Positions 12,443-25,850 of a stretch of DNA of 60,000 nt are shown one piece after another. Origin of the DNA: Amphiscolops sp. MND2022 (Eukaryota). A program made the translations under genes and the position numbers. The notes under the pieces were generated by a model. The model had not been told where the DNA came from, searched no databases, and saw only the letters and a list, made by a program, of their open reading frames with translations. Numbering within the stretch: position 1 is the first letter of the stretch; every line of letters starts with the position of its first letter. The stretch spans positions 47,370,001 through 47,430,000 of the forward strand of contig OZ076409.1 in the NCBI GenBank assembly GCA_964187785.1, read 5' to 3'.

Positions 12443-14179
12443 CGTCCCTGGTTCCATTGCCTTTGTAGCAATGAAACTAATCTTAACAGCTTCTCTCCTG
12501 TCTACCTCTTTCGGTCAATCGGCCTTCTCTCCCACATAAGACCCTTGGACATACGTGGATGCTTTTGGAAGAGGTAAGATTTACAAGTCTCTCGTATCCG
12601 CCTATAGTTCCGCTGTATCCGAGTCACTGGATAGGGCCAGCATCCCACCTGGTCAAGATGTATCCACCATGGGCGACACTCCTGCTGTCCGAACTCCCAG
12701 TGAAAGGAAGCGGAGGAAAATGGAACGAGCTTCTTCAGGCTCAAGAGCTTCCTCAGTCGCTGATGAATCCTTTGCAGAACCCTTTAAAAACTAAGTGTAC
12801 ATTTGTATTTATGTACACAGTCTTTGAAAACTTTGATTAATTCTCTGCACTTTCTTGTATTTATTCTTATCATCAGCTGTTTTAATCATAGTATGCTAAA
12901 TGGCTATTTTGCTTTCGACTACCTCCGATTTATGTTCATAGTAACCACCAACTGTCGATTAAATTTCAGTTGGAAGATGAATAAAATTTTCTCCGGGTGC
13001 TATAGGGAATCGGTTTCTCTATGTTTTGTGCGCAAGAGTGCAAACTCGATAGATCGTGGTTACAATGCTGTGTCAAGGATTAGACGCCTTCTTGTGCAGT
13101 CGACTGGTAGCATCTGCGTTTGCGGAACTGCCTCATGGCTTAGCTCAAGTGAAATGAAATCAAAATTTGTAGCACCTCTTCAGCTTATTCAGGACAGTCC
13201 AAGAAGATTCTTGTTTGCCTCTTTGGCTTCCTTTGAATGCATGAACTGGTTTTATGATACTTTGATAATCGATCGATCTCTGCGACGAAACTCAAAATTT
13301 GCTTCAAGCCAGCTATCCAAATTGAAATTTATATTTATGAGTGCGAGTTATCCTTCGTTGCAGTTGGTGTTCAACATTGCTATTTACTACCTGGCGTCAA
13401 ACTTCCTGATCCAAATTTCTTCTGCTGATCAATGTTTCACTTTTCTTCTTCTGTATTTACAGACTCGAGCTATAGCCCGCGTTACTTCCACAGCTGTTCA
13501 TTGTTTGTTGAGAGCTAAGTGGAAGATGCTCCCTAAGACTCCCAAGTCAATTGGATTTTATCTTATAGCAGCACAGCAGCTAAAGGAAAACAGAAATACC
13601 AATCTTAGCATTGAACACAATGGATTTGTATTTTCCGTCAAAGGTGAAACCCTGTTCCAAATTATCATGGGGTTGGAATTTGTTGGATTTCTTTTTTCTG
13701 GTCACTTTCCTAAATACGCATTCGCTCATGAGGGAAACATTGCCGCCCTACTCACTGCTTGGAACCTGACACCCTTTTAAGGCTGACTGAAAAATGAAAA
13801 TTGTCTCCCCACTTGGACTTTTTTCAGAACTCAGGTTCTACACTCTTTGAAAGCGTAGAAATTGATGGCGTGCTGGCATTGCTTCTTTCATACTCAAAGA
13901 AGAGAATAGTTTGATCAAGCAAGTTATGTTTCCCGTCGAAGAAAGTTTGGGCGAATAATGCTCTTCAATTAGGAAAATTCTCAAACTTGGACTGACCGAA
14001 ATCAATAATTATTCTTTTGATGGATATTCTTAAATGTTGAAAGTGGTAATATTTAGTAGAATTAAGTACTTGTCGAACCAAACCTATTTCAGTTTCTTTT
14101 CCACATATTTGAACCAAAGCATTCAAAATATTCACGTAACCAATGGAGGTATCGTTGGGCAGTTTCAAAACGTCATCAT

Positions 14180-16860
14180 TATCATTGTCCACCTTGTCCC
14201 AGAGAAGGCGGGGCGCCCCTGAAATAGCAAGCGCCAGCCCTTTCTGTCGAGGGCATCCGAAGGTGACACGCCGCGTCTCCATGATTTCCTTAACGGTTGC
14301 ATCCCAGGTCTTACGGGGTCTGCATCTTGGACGACTTCCACTAACAACTAGTTTACTCGCTTCTTTCAACAAATGTTTGTCCGGCCGCCTCGCAACATGT
14401 CCGTACCAACGCAACAAATTTACATATGAGCATTCGTCAATCGTTATCTTCAGACTCAAACGAGTTAGCATCTCACATGCAGAAATTCTGTTAGACTGTG
14501 CCACTCTACACATCATACGTAGCATCCTCCTTTCAGTGCTAACAAGACGTGATATTGAGGTCGTTTTGACAGACCACACTTCAGAGGAATAAAGCAGGAC
14601 AGGTCCTTCGTTGCTTAAGTGAACGAGCCGGGAACGGCCCAAGTGGGCGCCATATCTAAGGCTCGAAAATAACAAAAGGACTTCTAAATGTCAAGTATTC
14701 TCTTCTACAGTACCCGCGTGAGGAAATTGAAAAAAATGATTTTTTTCAAACTTTTTTTTTGTCCACGATAAGTCGCATAGTGCCGAAAAATGTAAAAGGG
14801 GACCTCAAAAAAACCTAATTAACCTCTATCTCAATTGCCAGTAGAAGTAGTGTGGCATTTAGTGTTAGTTCAAGTCAGCTTATAAAGTTTATAAAATCTG
14901 TCACCTCGTTGGTCCTGAAAAAGTCACTACTATAGTAGTAGTAGTAGTAGTAATAGGGCTTCTGCGATTTCTCGCACGGGGAGTGACCCCTCCAAAGGCT
15001 TCACAAGACATTCCAGTTATCACGACAGTTATTTATTAAACAGTCGCATGCAACTCTCCAGCTACACGGATTTTGTTCGTCAAAAGATTTGAATTTATGC
15101 CAGGAGATTTTCAGTAGTTTGGCTTTCAGGGTTTGCTTGTCACAATTGATATCGATTTTCAACAAGTTGACTAGTCGGGTTGTTCTGTAGACAAAGGACT
15201 GCTGGATCACAGCTTTCTTTGGTCTGCTAATCTGAAACATAATTTCCCCACGAACAGAGTAGGACAGATCTGGAACTTTCAGCTGGCTTACATCGTAACC
15301 TCCTTGTATAATTTTAGATAACAGGAGAATGTCATTTATTTGAATGTACATAGTCAGGGGTAAGATACCAAGGGTTGTCAAAGAATTTTTATAATCCCAA
15401 TTTGAAGCGGTAATCCATTTCACCATTCGTTTTTGAGTTTTTTCCAGACAACTTGACACGTATTTCGATAATCCAATTCAAGAAGAAGCATATATCAAAG
15501 TGGGTACTATCATACTTTTGTAGAGTTCTAGTTTTGTTTTCATGGATAGATTCTACGAAAAGCGCCTACTAAAAACCACGGCGGCCAAGGAGCGCTCAAC
15601 GAAGTGTTCAGAAATATAACCAGGCCTTTTGAATGCTGTCGGAAATAGCTGTCTCACATTCTCTGTGATATCAATCTGGTCACCAAGATACGTAAACTTC
15701 TTCACTTTTTCCAGGTTTCCAAAATCCTATCAACATCTTGAGAGTTTGAGGCGTGGCGCACTTCCAGCAAACAAAACTGTTTTCAATCTTGCTCAGACTT
15801 CCATTTCTTCCAGTGCAGCGTTTATGGATCCATAAATTACAAGTAACACATTTGATGGAGTTGTTTCCAACGCGCGTGCCACAAACTCCACAGTGGTAGA
15901 TCATCGCTGTCTTTTGAAGTCTGTGGCATCGATATGGCTTTGGTTTTCGTTACACTCACTTTTAGTCCTTTTCTTTCCAAAGCGTTGTTCCACCTATTAT
16001 ACTTTTCCATAACTTCTTGAGCAGACTTACCGGCAAGGGCAATATCATCAGCTTAAAGCAACTCCTGAAGATCACCATGCCTTACTGAATTTGTGACATA
16101 CTGCATGACGGTGATAAAGAGCGGAAGGCTCCCTTCCACAACAACAGAGGTCTTGTGGTCGTCATAAGTTGTCATAGTTGCCTTTAATAATTGCTCTGGA
16201 ATTTTTTGATCCCTAATAATAATCTTCAATAATAGAATGCTTCAATAATGTTTCTCGACCTTCTGTCAAAAGCTTTTCCAGGTCGATAAATATCCAGTGT
16301 AGTTTCCTATTCTTGGCCATGAACTTTTCGCATAACTGACGCGTTACAAAAATGGCACCGGTTGTTCCCCTTCCAGGCATGAAACCAAATTGAGTTCGCT
16401 CGATCTCAACAAGCTCACGTCAACGAGTCTCAAGCAGCTTCTCCCAGACTTTAAACTAGTGTTCCAGCAACTTCATACCTCTGAAACTGTTGGGAGATAG
16501 AGGATCGTCCTTGTATAGAGCAATTAGAGAGTAGGTCATTTCATGTCAGGTATTTCATCAGTAGGTCGTTGGCCACTGGCTGTAAAATGCGGACTGCGTC
16601 TTTCCCCGCAGCTTTAAGCATATTTGCTGAAATACCAGAAGGTCCAGTGGTTTTACCACCTTTTATAGACTCGAGAGCATAAACTTCAACAGCACTGAAC
16701 TCCCGACAAGGACCGAGGGACAAGACAGGGATATCTTCTTCCACATAATCGTTTTCCACAATCATGATGTCTTCAAATTGTTTTTTCCACACTTGTATCC
16801 TAGCTTCAATACTCATATATTTCCTGAAAGTTCCTGATAAATGGCGTCCCATAAGGTTCC
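14180..16860 (-). mobile_element. Decayed RTE-clade LINE (RT with PHD-like insert), interrupted at ~14620-15575
   Basis: QFGFMPGRGTT and ELL*ADDIA RT motifs; CGVC...SIKCVTCNLWIHKRC; C-terminal LLYSSEVW, LRWYGHVARR, RPRCRPRKTW. Confidence 0.85.
14932..15545 (-). mobile_element. 5'-truncated CR1-like LINE 3' end with (CTA)n tail
   Basis: LYKSM..PTLIYAS, LEKTQKRMVKWI, LGILPL C-terminal motifs; (TAG)n run on the plus strand at ~14932-14951. Confidence 0.75.
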
Positions 16861-17696
16861 ATATTGTCCCCAATTTTGTTTAACATCTATATCCACGATA
16901 TCCCCGCTACAAAGTCCAATCAATATGGCTACGCTGATGATCTTGCGATGTCCTATGCCCACAAGAAATGGAAACGAATTGAAGAAGTAATGTCTGCAGA
17001 GTCAAAATCGAACCAAATCCCACCTACCTTGGTGTTGTTCTTGACCGTTCTCTTACATTTGGCCCACACCTGAAGCAGCTGGCAGCGAAATGTAATTCCC
17101 GAGTTGCCCTTCTCCGAAAATTAGCAGGGACAACCTGGGGTGCTACCGCTCACACATTGCGCCTATCCCCGCTGGCTGTAGTGTACAGCACTGCAGAATA
17201 CTGCTCAACTATTTGGGATCAGAGCACACACGTGAAAAAACTAGACACTAAGTTGAACTCTGCCATGAGAATTTCACTGGTTGCGTAAAATCAACGCCAA
17301 CAGAGTGCCTCCCAGTGCTAAGCGGTATCATGCCTCCCTCCCTGCGACGAACTGGCTGTCAAAAACCTAGCTAAGAAAATTATGAGGGATCCTACTCATA
17401 TCATGCACGAAATGCTAGGATACGAACATCGGTTGAGATTGCCATCACGACATCCCATCTACCACAACCTGCAGAGCGCTACAGATGATAGAAGCAAACC
17501 AATCGACAAATGGCGGCACATGAGGAGTGATTCCAACTTCAACCTCAAGCACTTTATTGAGATGCCGGTTGTTGATCTGGCCCTGCCATTGGAGGCCACC
17601 TGACCAGACGAGCTTGGTGCCACCTGAACAGGCTACGCACCGGCTTTGGCCGCTTTAGAACCTGCCTGGAGAAATGGGGCCTCATTGATGACCCTA

Positions 17697-18053
17697 CTCT
17701 GTTGTGCTTAATAAGAGGGGGGGTACCTACTACTGTCTCTGCCTGAAAATCAGGGACCCCCCCCTCTTATTATGACCCCCCCCTGGTAGCAAACACGAAA
17801 GAAAAAAAAGCTCACGCCCAGGTTCGAACCCTGGCAGAAAGAGCAAATACCCATTTGAGTTCTTATGCCTTAGCCACTCGGCCATCGTGAAAGATGCGTT
17901 TCAGTTTAATTTTTCTGCTTTAAAAATGTTTTCTAGAATTCAGGAGCTGTTTAGACCCCCCCTGTAATTTAGACCCCCCCTCTTACTGTCCGCCAGAAAT
18001 TTGCTAGACCCCCCCTCTGAATATGACCCCCCCTCTTATTAAGCACAACAGAG
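17697..18053. mobile_element. Tc1/mariner-type MITE
   Basis: TA TSD; perfect TIR CTCTGTTGTGCTTAATAAGAGGGGGGGT. Confidence 0.9.
17810..17891 (-). pseudogene. tRNA-derived (Leu/Ser-like) sequence inside the MITE
   Basis: A box TGGCCGAGTGG, B box GGTTCGAACC, TCACG/CGTGA acceptor stem, T8 run; anticodon arm does not pair. Confidence 0.6.
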
Positions 18054-19013
18054 TACTTGCATTTGCGGTGAAGCCCCCCCCCCCAAATAGCCGAGCATAT
18101 ACTGTCACAATGTAAAATTCTCAAACGCCCCTCTGGAAAAGAAGGAGTAGTGAGGCTCGACCCGTCGACAGTTCAATGGTTGGAAAACGAGTTGCTGGAC
18201 TTTTGAGATGACGACGCAGGAAGGGGGAATACTCATATGAAGTTTTGCATTGTTGCCGCGAATATAGTTCGAGTCATTGACATCCATTTGTTCTTTAACG
18301 CTGCTTTGCCATAGAGAATAGTCTTTGGCCATCAGCTTCACGACAACTCTTCTCGACTTCTCCACTAATGGTTTGTTTTGCATTTCGGCGTGCGACAACA
18401 TACGCTTGTCTGTTTACAGCGGTACGGTCAGATCTCCACTTCTTGAACGCAGCTTTATTCGCAGACATCAAGGTTGCAATCTTCTAATTTTTGTTGAGCT
18501 GAAGGGCGACGAACGGTCTCCCGGAAACTTGAATATTTCCGAAAACATCAGAAAAGAACTCTCACGAAAGATAAATGTACTTTATAGTATATAGTGTTCG
18601 ATGTTGAAGAAAAATTCTACTTAATGGCACTTGAAGTCATGTATTACTGTCTTCGATGAGACAAGAATTTGAATTTTTACGATCTAGGGAAAGTTTTTTT
18701 ATGCAATTCATTGGAAGAATCCTAATCAAAAATTTCCTATAGAGATTCAGTCTAGTGAACCAACTTTTCTTAATCCATCTGTGAGTTTTCGTGGCTCGAG
18801 AATTACAGAAATTGCATGTTATGTATAGTTGGTTCGTTTCACAAAATAGTTCATCTCTAATTTCTCGATTATATTTTTGGGAGAAAAGTAGAGAAAAATA
18901 TCATGTAAAAGCCTATGATGTGTATATTGAATCAAGCGAACCAGTTTTGTGAATCTTTGGTTTATTATCAAGTAAAAGTTTAATTGCCGGAGAAACTATT
19001 GCCTTTCAAATAG

Positions 19014-19310
19014 GGTACTCCTGACTGAGTGTGGTCCCTACAAAATTTATGCAGCCGGCCTGAAAACTCCTGACTAAGTGTGGTCCCTGGAAGAGGTTAA
19101 CATACTAGTTGTATGGCTCGGTCGCTTCGCTCCCTTTGCCAAGCAGCAACTGAGGCTATATGGCACGTCGCTTCACTTCGCTCCTGCATTTAGGGCACTA
19201 GGGGTATGTGAACATAGCTGACGACATAATAATAAAAATTCCGACAAACTATGCAGGGACCACACTTAGTAAGGAGAAATCGCTTGGGACCACACTTAGT
19301 CAGGAGTACC
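19014..19310. mobile_element. MITE with 8-bp TSD
   Basis: TSD TCAAATAG; TIR GGTACTCCTGACT(G/A)AGTGTGGTCCC, repeated internally. Confidence 0.9.
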
Positions 19311-19577
19311 TCAAATAGAATTATAAGTTGGGAGGAAGAAAATCTTTTTGCGTCAACGAACCTTTGGGTTAGTCATTAATTCCTGTGGCAAACAATCAGT
19401 TGTGAAAAAAGTTACATCAGTCGTATGCAACAACATTTTGCCTCTATTCAATTACTGTTCGAAGCTCACGTTGAGACTGCTTCTAATGACTGTTGATTGA
19501 CCCAATTCTATTTCTTTTGTTAGCTGTTTCTAAATTATCGCTCATTCAGTGTTTGGTGCCGCTAGTGCAATGTAATA

Positions 19578-20080
19578 CAGGGGTTTTGAAAAATTAATTT
19601 TCAAACAAAAAAATAAATTTCAATTAATTGTTAAATCAAAAATTAATACCAATATAATTGGCTTAAAACCAATTAATTGCAATTAATTGGTCAATTGTTC
19701 GGCATTGATATTTACTGAGTTTTTCACAGTATCGACAGTATGATCGTCCCAAAATCGGTGATTAACCTTTAAAAAGAGTTGCATTTCCAAGTTTTCGCGA
19801 AGCGATTATTCAAATTAATAGATTAACCAATCAGGTTGCAGATAGCTCTTTCACTCTGCATCACTGTTGTGTGTCGAGTGTGTGTCGTGTGTCACCAATA
19901 CGAGAGATTTTCAATATGGCACGCGACTTAGTCTTATTTTAGGTAGTCAAAAATTGGCCAATTATTGCAATTAATTGCTATTGAGTAAATCCGCTTTTTA
20001 ATTAATTGGGGCTTTCAAATCAATTATTTACTCAATTAATTGCAATTAATTTTTCATCAATTAATTTTTGAAAACCCCTG
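19578..20080. mobile_element. hAT-type MITE
   Basis: 8-bp TSD ATGTAATA; TIR CAGGGGTTTT(G/C)AAAAATTAATT; many CAATTAATTG subterminal palindromes. Confidence 0.9.
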
Positions 20081-20352
20081 ATGTAATATAGCCCAGTTAG
20101 TGTTTACTGTGAGGAGTGCTCATAGTATCTTGACAAACAGTTTAACCGTCATTTCATTGAAGCCTGATAGTCAGGTTACAGTTCCACTGTATGCACAAAT
20201 TGAATGAGAAACAGCCGAACAGCCCCTCACAGCAGATCGTAGTATATTGCATTTTCACGTTCTACGAAGTTTCCTTGGCCAGTTTCATTTGTTTTTCGGT
20301 TACTTTAGCAGTTAGTATTCCAAACATTTAATCAGAATTTCAGGTTTTGTGA

Positions 20353-23306
20353 ATGGCGTCGCTCAAGAAAGGAGCTAGCATTTGCTCTCCTTTTCTTGGT
20401 CTTTTTTTCTGCGTGTCTATTCTCATGACACCAATTGTGGAAAGTTCTTCTACAAATGATGATGTTGCGACTGATGACGTCACTGGAGAAACTGCTTCTG
20501 CGGAAGTGACAGATGGTAACTCTAACAACACCACAGCTGGCAACGACCCCTCCGCAAATGGCGGCTCACAAAATGAAACAAAAGGACCACATGGAGAGAA
20601 GCATCCTCATCATTCTGTCGAGGAGAAAGAGAAAGAACCAAACTACAGGAATCCGTTCAGCTACCTGCCAAAGCCTTTTGTATTCGCCATGATTTTCATT
20701 GGAGCATTTCTACTTATGATTTTCGTCTGTAAGTACCAAGTATAGAAGCTATTATTATGCAACCCCTCCAATCAGGTTTCATTTTTTTCATGGGGTGATT
20801 TTCCAGAACTAACAAATTCTTTGCTATTGGTTCATATTGATGATTTCTTTCATTGTAGCTCTGTATTAAAATAAGTATAGATGTAGTCTAGTTTCCAGTG
20901 TCATGAGAAAGTTTGTTGGAAAGTGTGTGAATATTTTAGTGGTATATTTTCAGATGAATGAGAGTTGTAGATCGATAATTAATGCCATATGTTGTTTCAG
21001 TGGGAGTTGTGACAGTGACGCGATCGTACGTGTGTCCCCGCTATGGCCGATTCGTGGACTCCCACCCCAGACTGAAGGAAGTGATGCCCAAGTGGCACTT
21101 GACCAGAGCCACCGGGTCTGGGCGCAAGAACAGACGACAAAGTGCCACCGAGAGTCACCTCGAATTGCCAAAGGTTTATAACCAAGCCCTCTCGCTTTTT
21201 AATTGCATCTTACTAACAAAATAGTACTTTTCTCTATTTTTTGAAGCATGCCTCAAATACTAAGTGTACCTCAAATCCTCTTTGGTTTTTCGCTATCTTG
21301 AAAGAGGTGGCCTAGAGAGGTCTTGATAGCCAATATAAATGCTTATTTTACGTTTTCGCATATTTATGCCGGTTTGTCCATATGTTCAGTGTAGCGTGAA
21401 TTTGCTTGCTTTTAATTTAAATTTGGCTCGAGTAAGAAGAAGCATACGTTTGTCTGCAAAAACAATGCAGAGTAGGTTGCTTTCAAATCATTTTCTCCAA
21501 TTTTGAGTGTGCTCCTACTCGGATTCCGAATTCCTGAAGATTTAAATCAGGCATTTTAACATCAGGATGTTTACACTGCCTGAGGTTATTTGTATTTTCA
21601 TAACGTTTTTGGATCACATTTGCAGCATCTGTACACTGATGCTAGTATTTCAAATTCATCTTTGCATTTTAGGTGGAAACGGAGGTGTGTGTTTGTTAAT
21701 TGATCACATGGTGATAGAATAAGCTACAGTGCTATCACTGTTTATCCGGACTAAAAACTTTGTGAGATAGACGTGACCGCCTAGAAAATATAGTTTTTCA
21801 AAAAGTCGAACGTTCATCGCGAAATCTTATAGAATTGAATGTCTCAGAGCTTAATAAATCTATATGCGCACGAAATGAGTAGCTTGATTGCTCGGTTCAT
21901 TTTCAAAGCCCGGACACAAAATTAATAGGGTAGTAGAGGTCTTCTGTTTTTCTACACGATTCGAACAAGTGATTTCTCTAACATTTCCTTATCACAGGAT
22001 GGCTACATGGATTTTACTTCAATGCCAGTAAGTTTGTATCATGGTTCATTATCTTATTGCTGAATCAAATCTGCTATAGTAGCAATTTTCCACTACCTTG
22101 TGGGTCCAAAAATTGTTGTGATGTCAGTATTGTAATCGCTTGTATGTCTGGTATCCCCCTTTCACCAACGATTTTGCTTTTCAAGTAATGGTATCCTGCA
22201 ATTAGGGCAACATGGGAAGTCCGCTTCGCTGATATTACGATGTGGCATTCGATCTGTTCTCTATAGTTTCCTCTACTCTCATATACACCGTTAACGTAAC
22301 TCTTCAGCTTTCAGCAACTGAGGTTCACCGCTTGAGCACTTAATAGCGTACATCTTGAAAATAGCGTTGATGCAGATTTCAAAAAAGTTTCACAAATCTC
22401 ACTGTTCCGAAAAATTGACTAAGAGTCAGTTTTACCATTGCCGTAAGTTAGCTGTATGGGAAAGAAATGTTCGGTTATGTCTTTCTAATTAAATATGGGG
22501 AAAAAGATATCAATACCCTATGTGATTTTTTTCTTCGGTTTGAAAAATGTCTCAGATCAAACAATCCAAAGTTTTTTGTTGAGTTCAGTTGATGAATTAT
22601 CATTGTTTCTTTGACGAATGTCATCATAGGACATATAGAACTTGAAGTAGAAAATTCGATTGTGTTGATCAAGTCTTCGTTGTAAAGTAGTTGGTCAAGT
22701 AGTACATATAGAACTTTGCTGATCAAAGTGAAAAAAGTGACGGTCATTTTTTATTGAATTTGTGTAGGATAAACTAGAGAACTTTCTGACATCCATAAAA
22801 TTTAAAGTCATAATTGTCTTCAAATTATTCTCAGAAGTGAAATCATGACTAATTCATGAAGTCACGTTGTCAAAACTTGAAATGCAGACATATATCTGTT
22901 CCAGCAAGATTCGCTGGATAACATAACTGCGGAGATGGATAACGAATCATTCCTGGCGAGTCTGGAGAATGTCAACTTTTCTGTCACTCCCCCCTCGACT
23001 CGGAGAAACAATTTCGGAGGCGGGCACTCTCGCTCGTCCCTGCATCCCATACACTCCCTGAGCAACAGTCCCTCTTCAACCTCGGATATCAACAACCTGT
23101 CCCCTCTGGGTGTATCCTCCCCGGGGATAGGGGGGTATGGAATGGGCACGAGGGGATCAACTCTGCCCAGCTCAATGATGGGACCTGTTCCAGGTGATGT
23201 CATTGGTCGCGACAGCAGGTATGTCTACCCCCAGCACTCGACCAACGACATCACCCCCTTTGCAGGTGTTAACTCAAACAGTGACCACGACAGTCTGTAT
23301 CTATGA
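20353..23306 (+). CDS. Host gene, uncharacterised single-pass type I membrane protein (~330 aa); exons 20353-20728, 21001-21173, (21673-21684), 21998-22027, 22905-23306
   Basis: GT-AG introns with compatible phases; signal peptide, S/T/N-rich ectodomain with NxS/T sites, TM helix, Ser/Gly/Pro-rich tail. Confidence 0.8.
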
Positions 23307-25850
23307 AACTTTTTTTTCTGAACTTTTTTCTCCTTGTTGAAAAAGGAAACATCATTTTTCGAAACTTTTTGCGATAAGATGATATCGGATAAAAAATGTA
23401 AATGTTCCAGATTTACGACGTCGAATCCGCAAATCAGTCTGGTGTTGTTATTTCATAGAACTTTTCCTGTGGACTTTTTGAATTTGGTTTTTCCATGCAA
23501 ACAAGTTATTGCTAGTGGTTTCTCCCGACTTCCACCACATTTGCTCTCAACGTTGTGTGTCACTACTTCGACAGTAGTTTATAGTTCATGTTTATAATTG
23601 ATGGTGTAATGTCACTTAATTTGCAATTACTTAACACTTGATGCATTCAAGCCATGCCAACCAGCCCCCAATCGATGTTACTTTACCAAATTCGTTCATG
23701 TTTATGATTAAAACTCCACAAAAGCCGATGCAAATTGGAGGGAAATCTATTTCTTGTTGCAATCTGACACTTTATTAAAGCAGTTACTGAATGAAGTAAC
23801 CTGTCACTTTTCTACTTGAACCCTTTTGAGAAACCTAGCAAATATCGGCTTATGGAAGTGTAATTTTATAAGTGTGAATCTTGCCTGTAGATTTTGCTTT
23901 TTGCTTTCAATTCTCAATTCAAATGCGCGCAATATGAAAAAGTGTCTCCATAGCCTATTTTATGTAGCTTAGAAATGTTGATTAAATACTGTTACTGCAG
24001 TTATATCGATCAATTTGTTTGTTATACTGCACTCTTATAACCTTCAGGCTGTAGAATTTGAAATCAATGTTCTCGAAGTTAATTCAATATGATTGTTTGT
24101 CTTACCTTGGAATTTGTGATAGGAAGATGATGATAGGCAATTTTTCAAATCAGTGAACTCATCCGGTTAACTCATCCGGATAATTTGGATATTCGTATGT
24201 GTCCGGAGACCCCCCTTTACGCGAAGAAACGTATTATCGGATAAATCGTAAGTATTGTTATTCGTGTTTCATTCAGTCCGTTGCTCTACGAATTTGGCAG
24301 GTTCAACTAATTGCAGTGGAAGTTCATGGCGTCAGTATTGATGTGATCAAAATATTCATGAATCCTACACGATACCCAAAAATCTGTTCTCATTTAAAGT
24401 ACCTTTCTGCAGTATTAGAAAGCAGCGAAAATGTTTTTCCCTGATCAATGAATTGTTCACAATATACAATACACGGAAAATATACGAAATTTAGAATACG
24501 TTGTTTACTAACATGCAATTCTGGAATACAACAATATTCGTCAAAAACTTGAGTGGTTCTATGCGGCTTGTGAGTAGGTTACACGATACACGATGTTATG
24601 TGAGTACTATCCGCGATACATTGCTCACGAAAATGTAACATTAGATTCAGACGAAAATCTCTTAGAGATCTCTTATTAACAACTGAAGAACCGCATAATC
24701 GATTTTGAGCTTATATGCGAAAAGTAAAGTTGGTCACTGATTCCAAAGTTGAAAATTTTCGCCCCTAAATGGCTTCTTTGATTAGTAAGTTTTTTTGAAA
24801 AATTGTATTGTTGCAAAGTTGTGGATAGAAACAAATTCGGCAAAGTCGAAAAGTCACTGAACATGCAGAGTCACTTTCAGTGACTTTCCCTGACAAACTA
24901 CGAATGGGACAGTCTAAACCCGAGTGATCAACTAGGCTCATGTTTATTTTGCTGGCAAAGTGATATTTTCAGTTTTATATACTTTTCAATTTAATTGTTA
25001 ATTACGTGAGGCACCACTGTACATCACATTGCATGATTATCATAATTCACAAAATGTCCCGAACGCAGCTCAACATCCGCAACCTGGTTTACTATTTCTT
25101 ACACCTGTGACTCTCGAACTTTCGTGGGTTGTTCATAGTGATAGGCGAATGAGGCAATATTTTGACAAAACATTCGGGAACTGTACGTTTCAAACAGTGG
25201 TGGTTTTCCGAAAATAGCAACCCTCAAAAATATAACTCGTTGAAAAATTGAAGTTAATTGCAACATGAATTATATTGGAACAGAATAATGATGATGACTG
25301 GACGAGTTAACTTCCATAGTTTGATGTGAAAGTCCAAAAAGCCGTAATGAAAGTCGGCTCAACGATCACCGGTTCAACAATTTGATTCTCTTCAACACAG
25401 AGTAGAATGCGGCGAAATTGTTCAACAACGAAATGCACTAAAATATTGCAAAGGGTGCCCCTTCAATTTTTCCATTTTTTGCAACAGAATGGATGTTAAA
25501 AAATCTTGAAGGGTCCTCTCCTACATTTTTCGGCACTCTGAGACTTCAAATTTCTCATCTTTCGTCTATAAATTTTCTCGATATATATCCACCAATAACT
25601 TTTTTTCAACACTATGTGAATATTTGCGTTACATCTGTTATTGCGTTACATCCGAACTATATCGCGTTTCACTAAAGCGGAATAAAAATGAGGCGGAGGT
25701 TCGAAAACAAGCGAACCCATTCGTCCCAGCACGAAACTTTTAGGTGTTTCGACATTTCTATGTGCGTTTTTCATTACACTTGCGATAAGCAAGTGTTATG
25801 GGAAAGTGCGGGTGCTTTTTTTCCGCGCGACAACTCGTTTCAGCCCGCAA

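Larger units (their letters stand above)
6475..12794 (+). pseudogene. Antisense spliced BED-finger / hAT-transposase-like gene of element B, disrupted
   Basis: WCHVC...RHHRSEKH zinc finger; introns 8322-8394 and 8881-8977, donor near 9114; last-exon pieces ~10841-11157, 11650-11900 and 12452-12794 align with 35944-37242. Confidence 0.8.
2913..12900 (-). mobile_element. Truncated Gypsy element B: 3' LTR plus accessory-gene region; gag-pol absent
   Basis: Same order as element C: LTR with gag 5' end, sense accessory ORF, antisense BED gene; right limit approximate. Confidence 0.8.
16864..18140 (+). mobile_element. Decayed LINE (RT plus C-terminal CCHC knuckle; RTEX/I-like)
   Basis: LSPILFNIYIHDIP, YADDLA, LAGTTWGA, LNRLRTGFG, WGLIDDP-TCICGE...AEHIL..C across the MITE. 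Confidence 0.8.

Noticed and set aside
12803..13780. 325-aa plus-strand ORF
   Set aside because: No recognisable motif, composition like translated non-coding DNA, and it starts in the 3' UTR of the accessory gene; left unassigned
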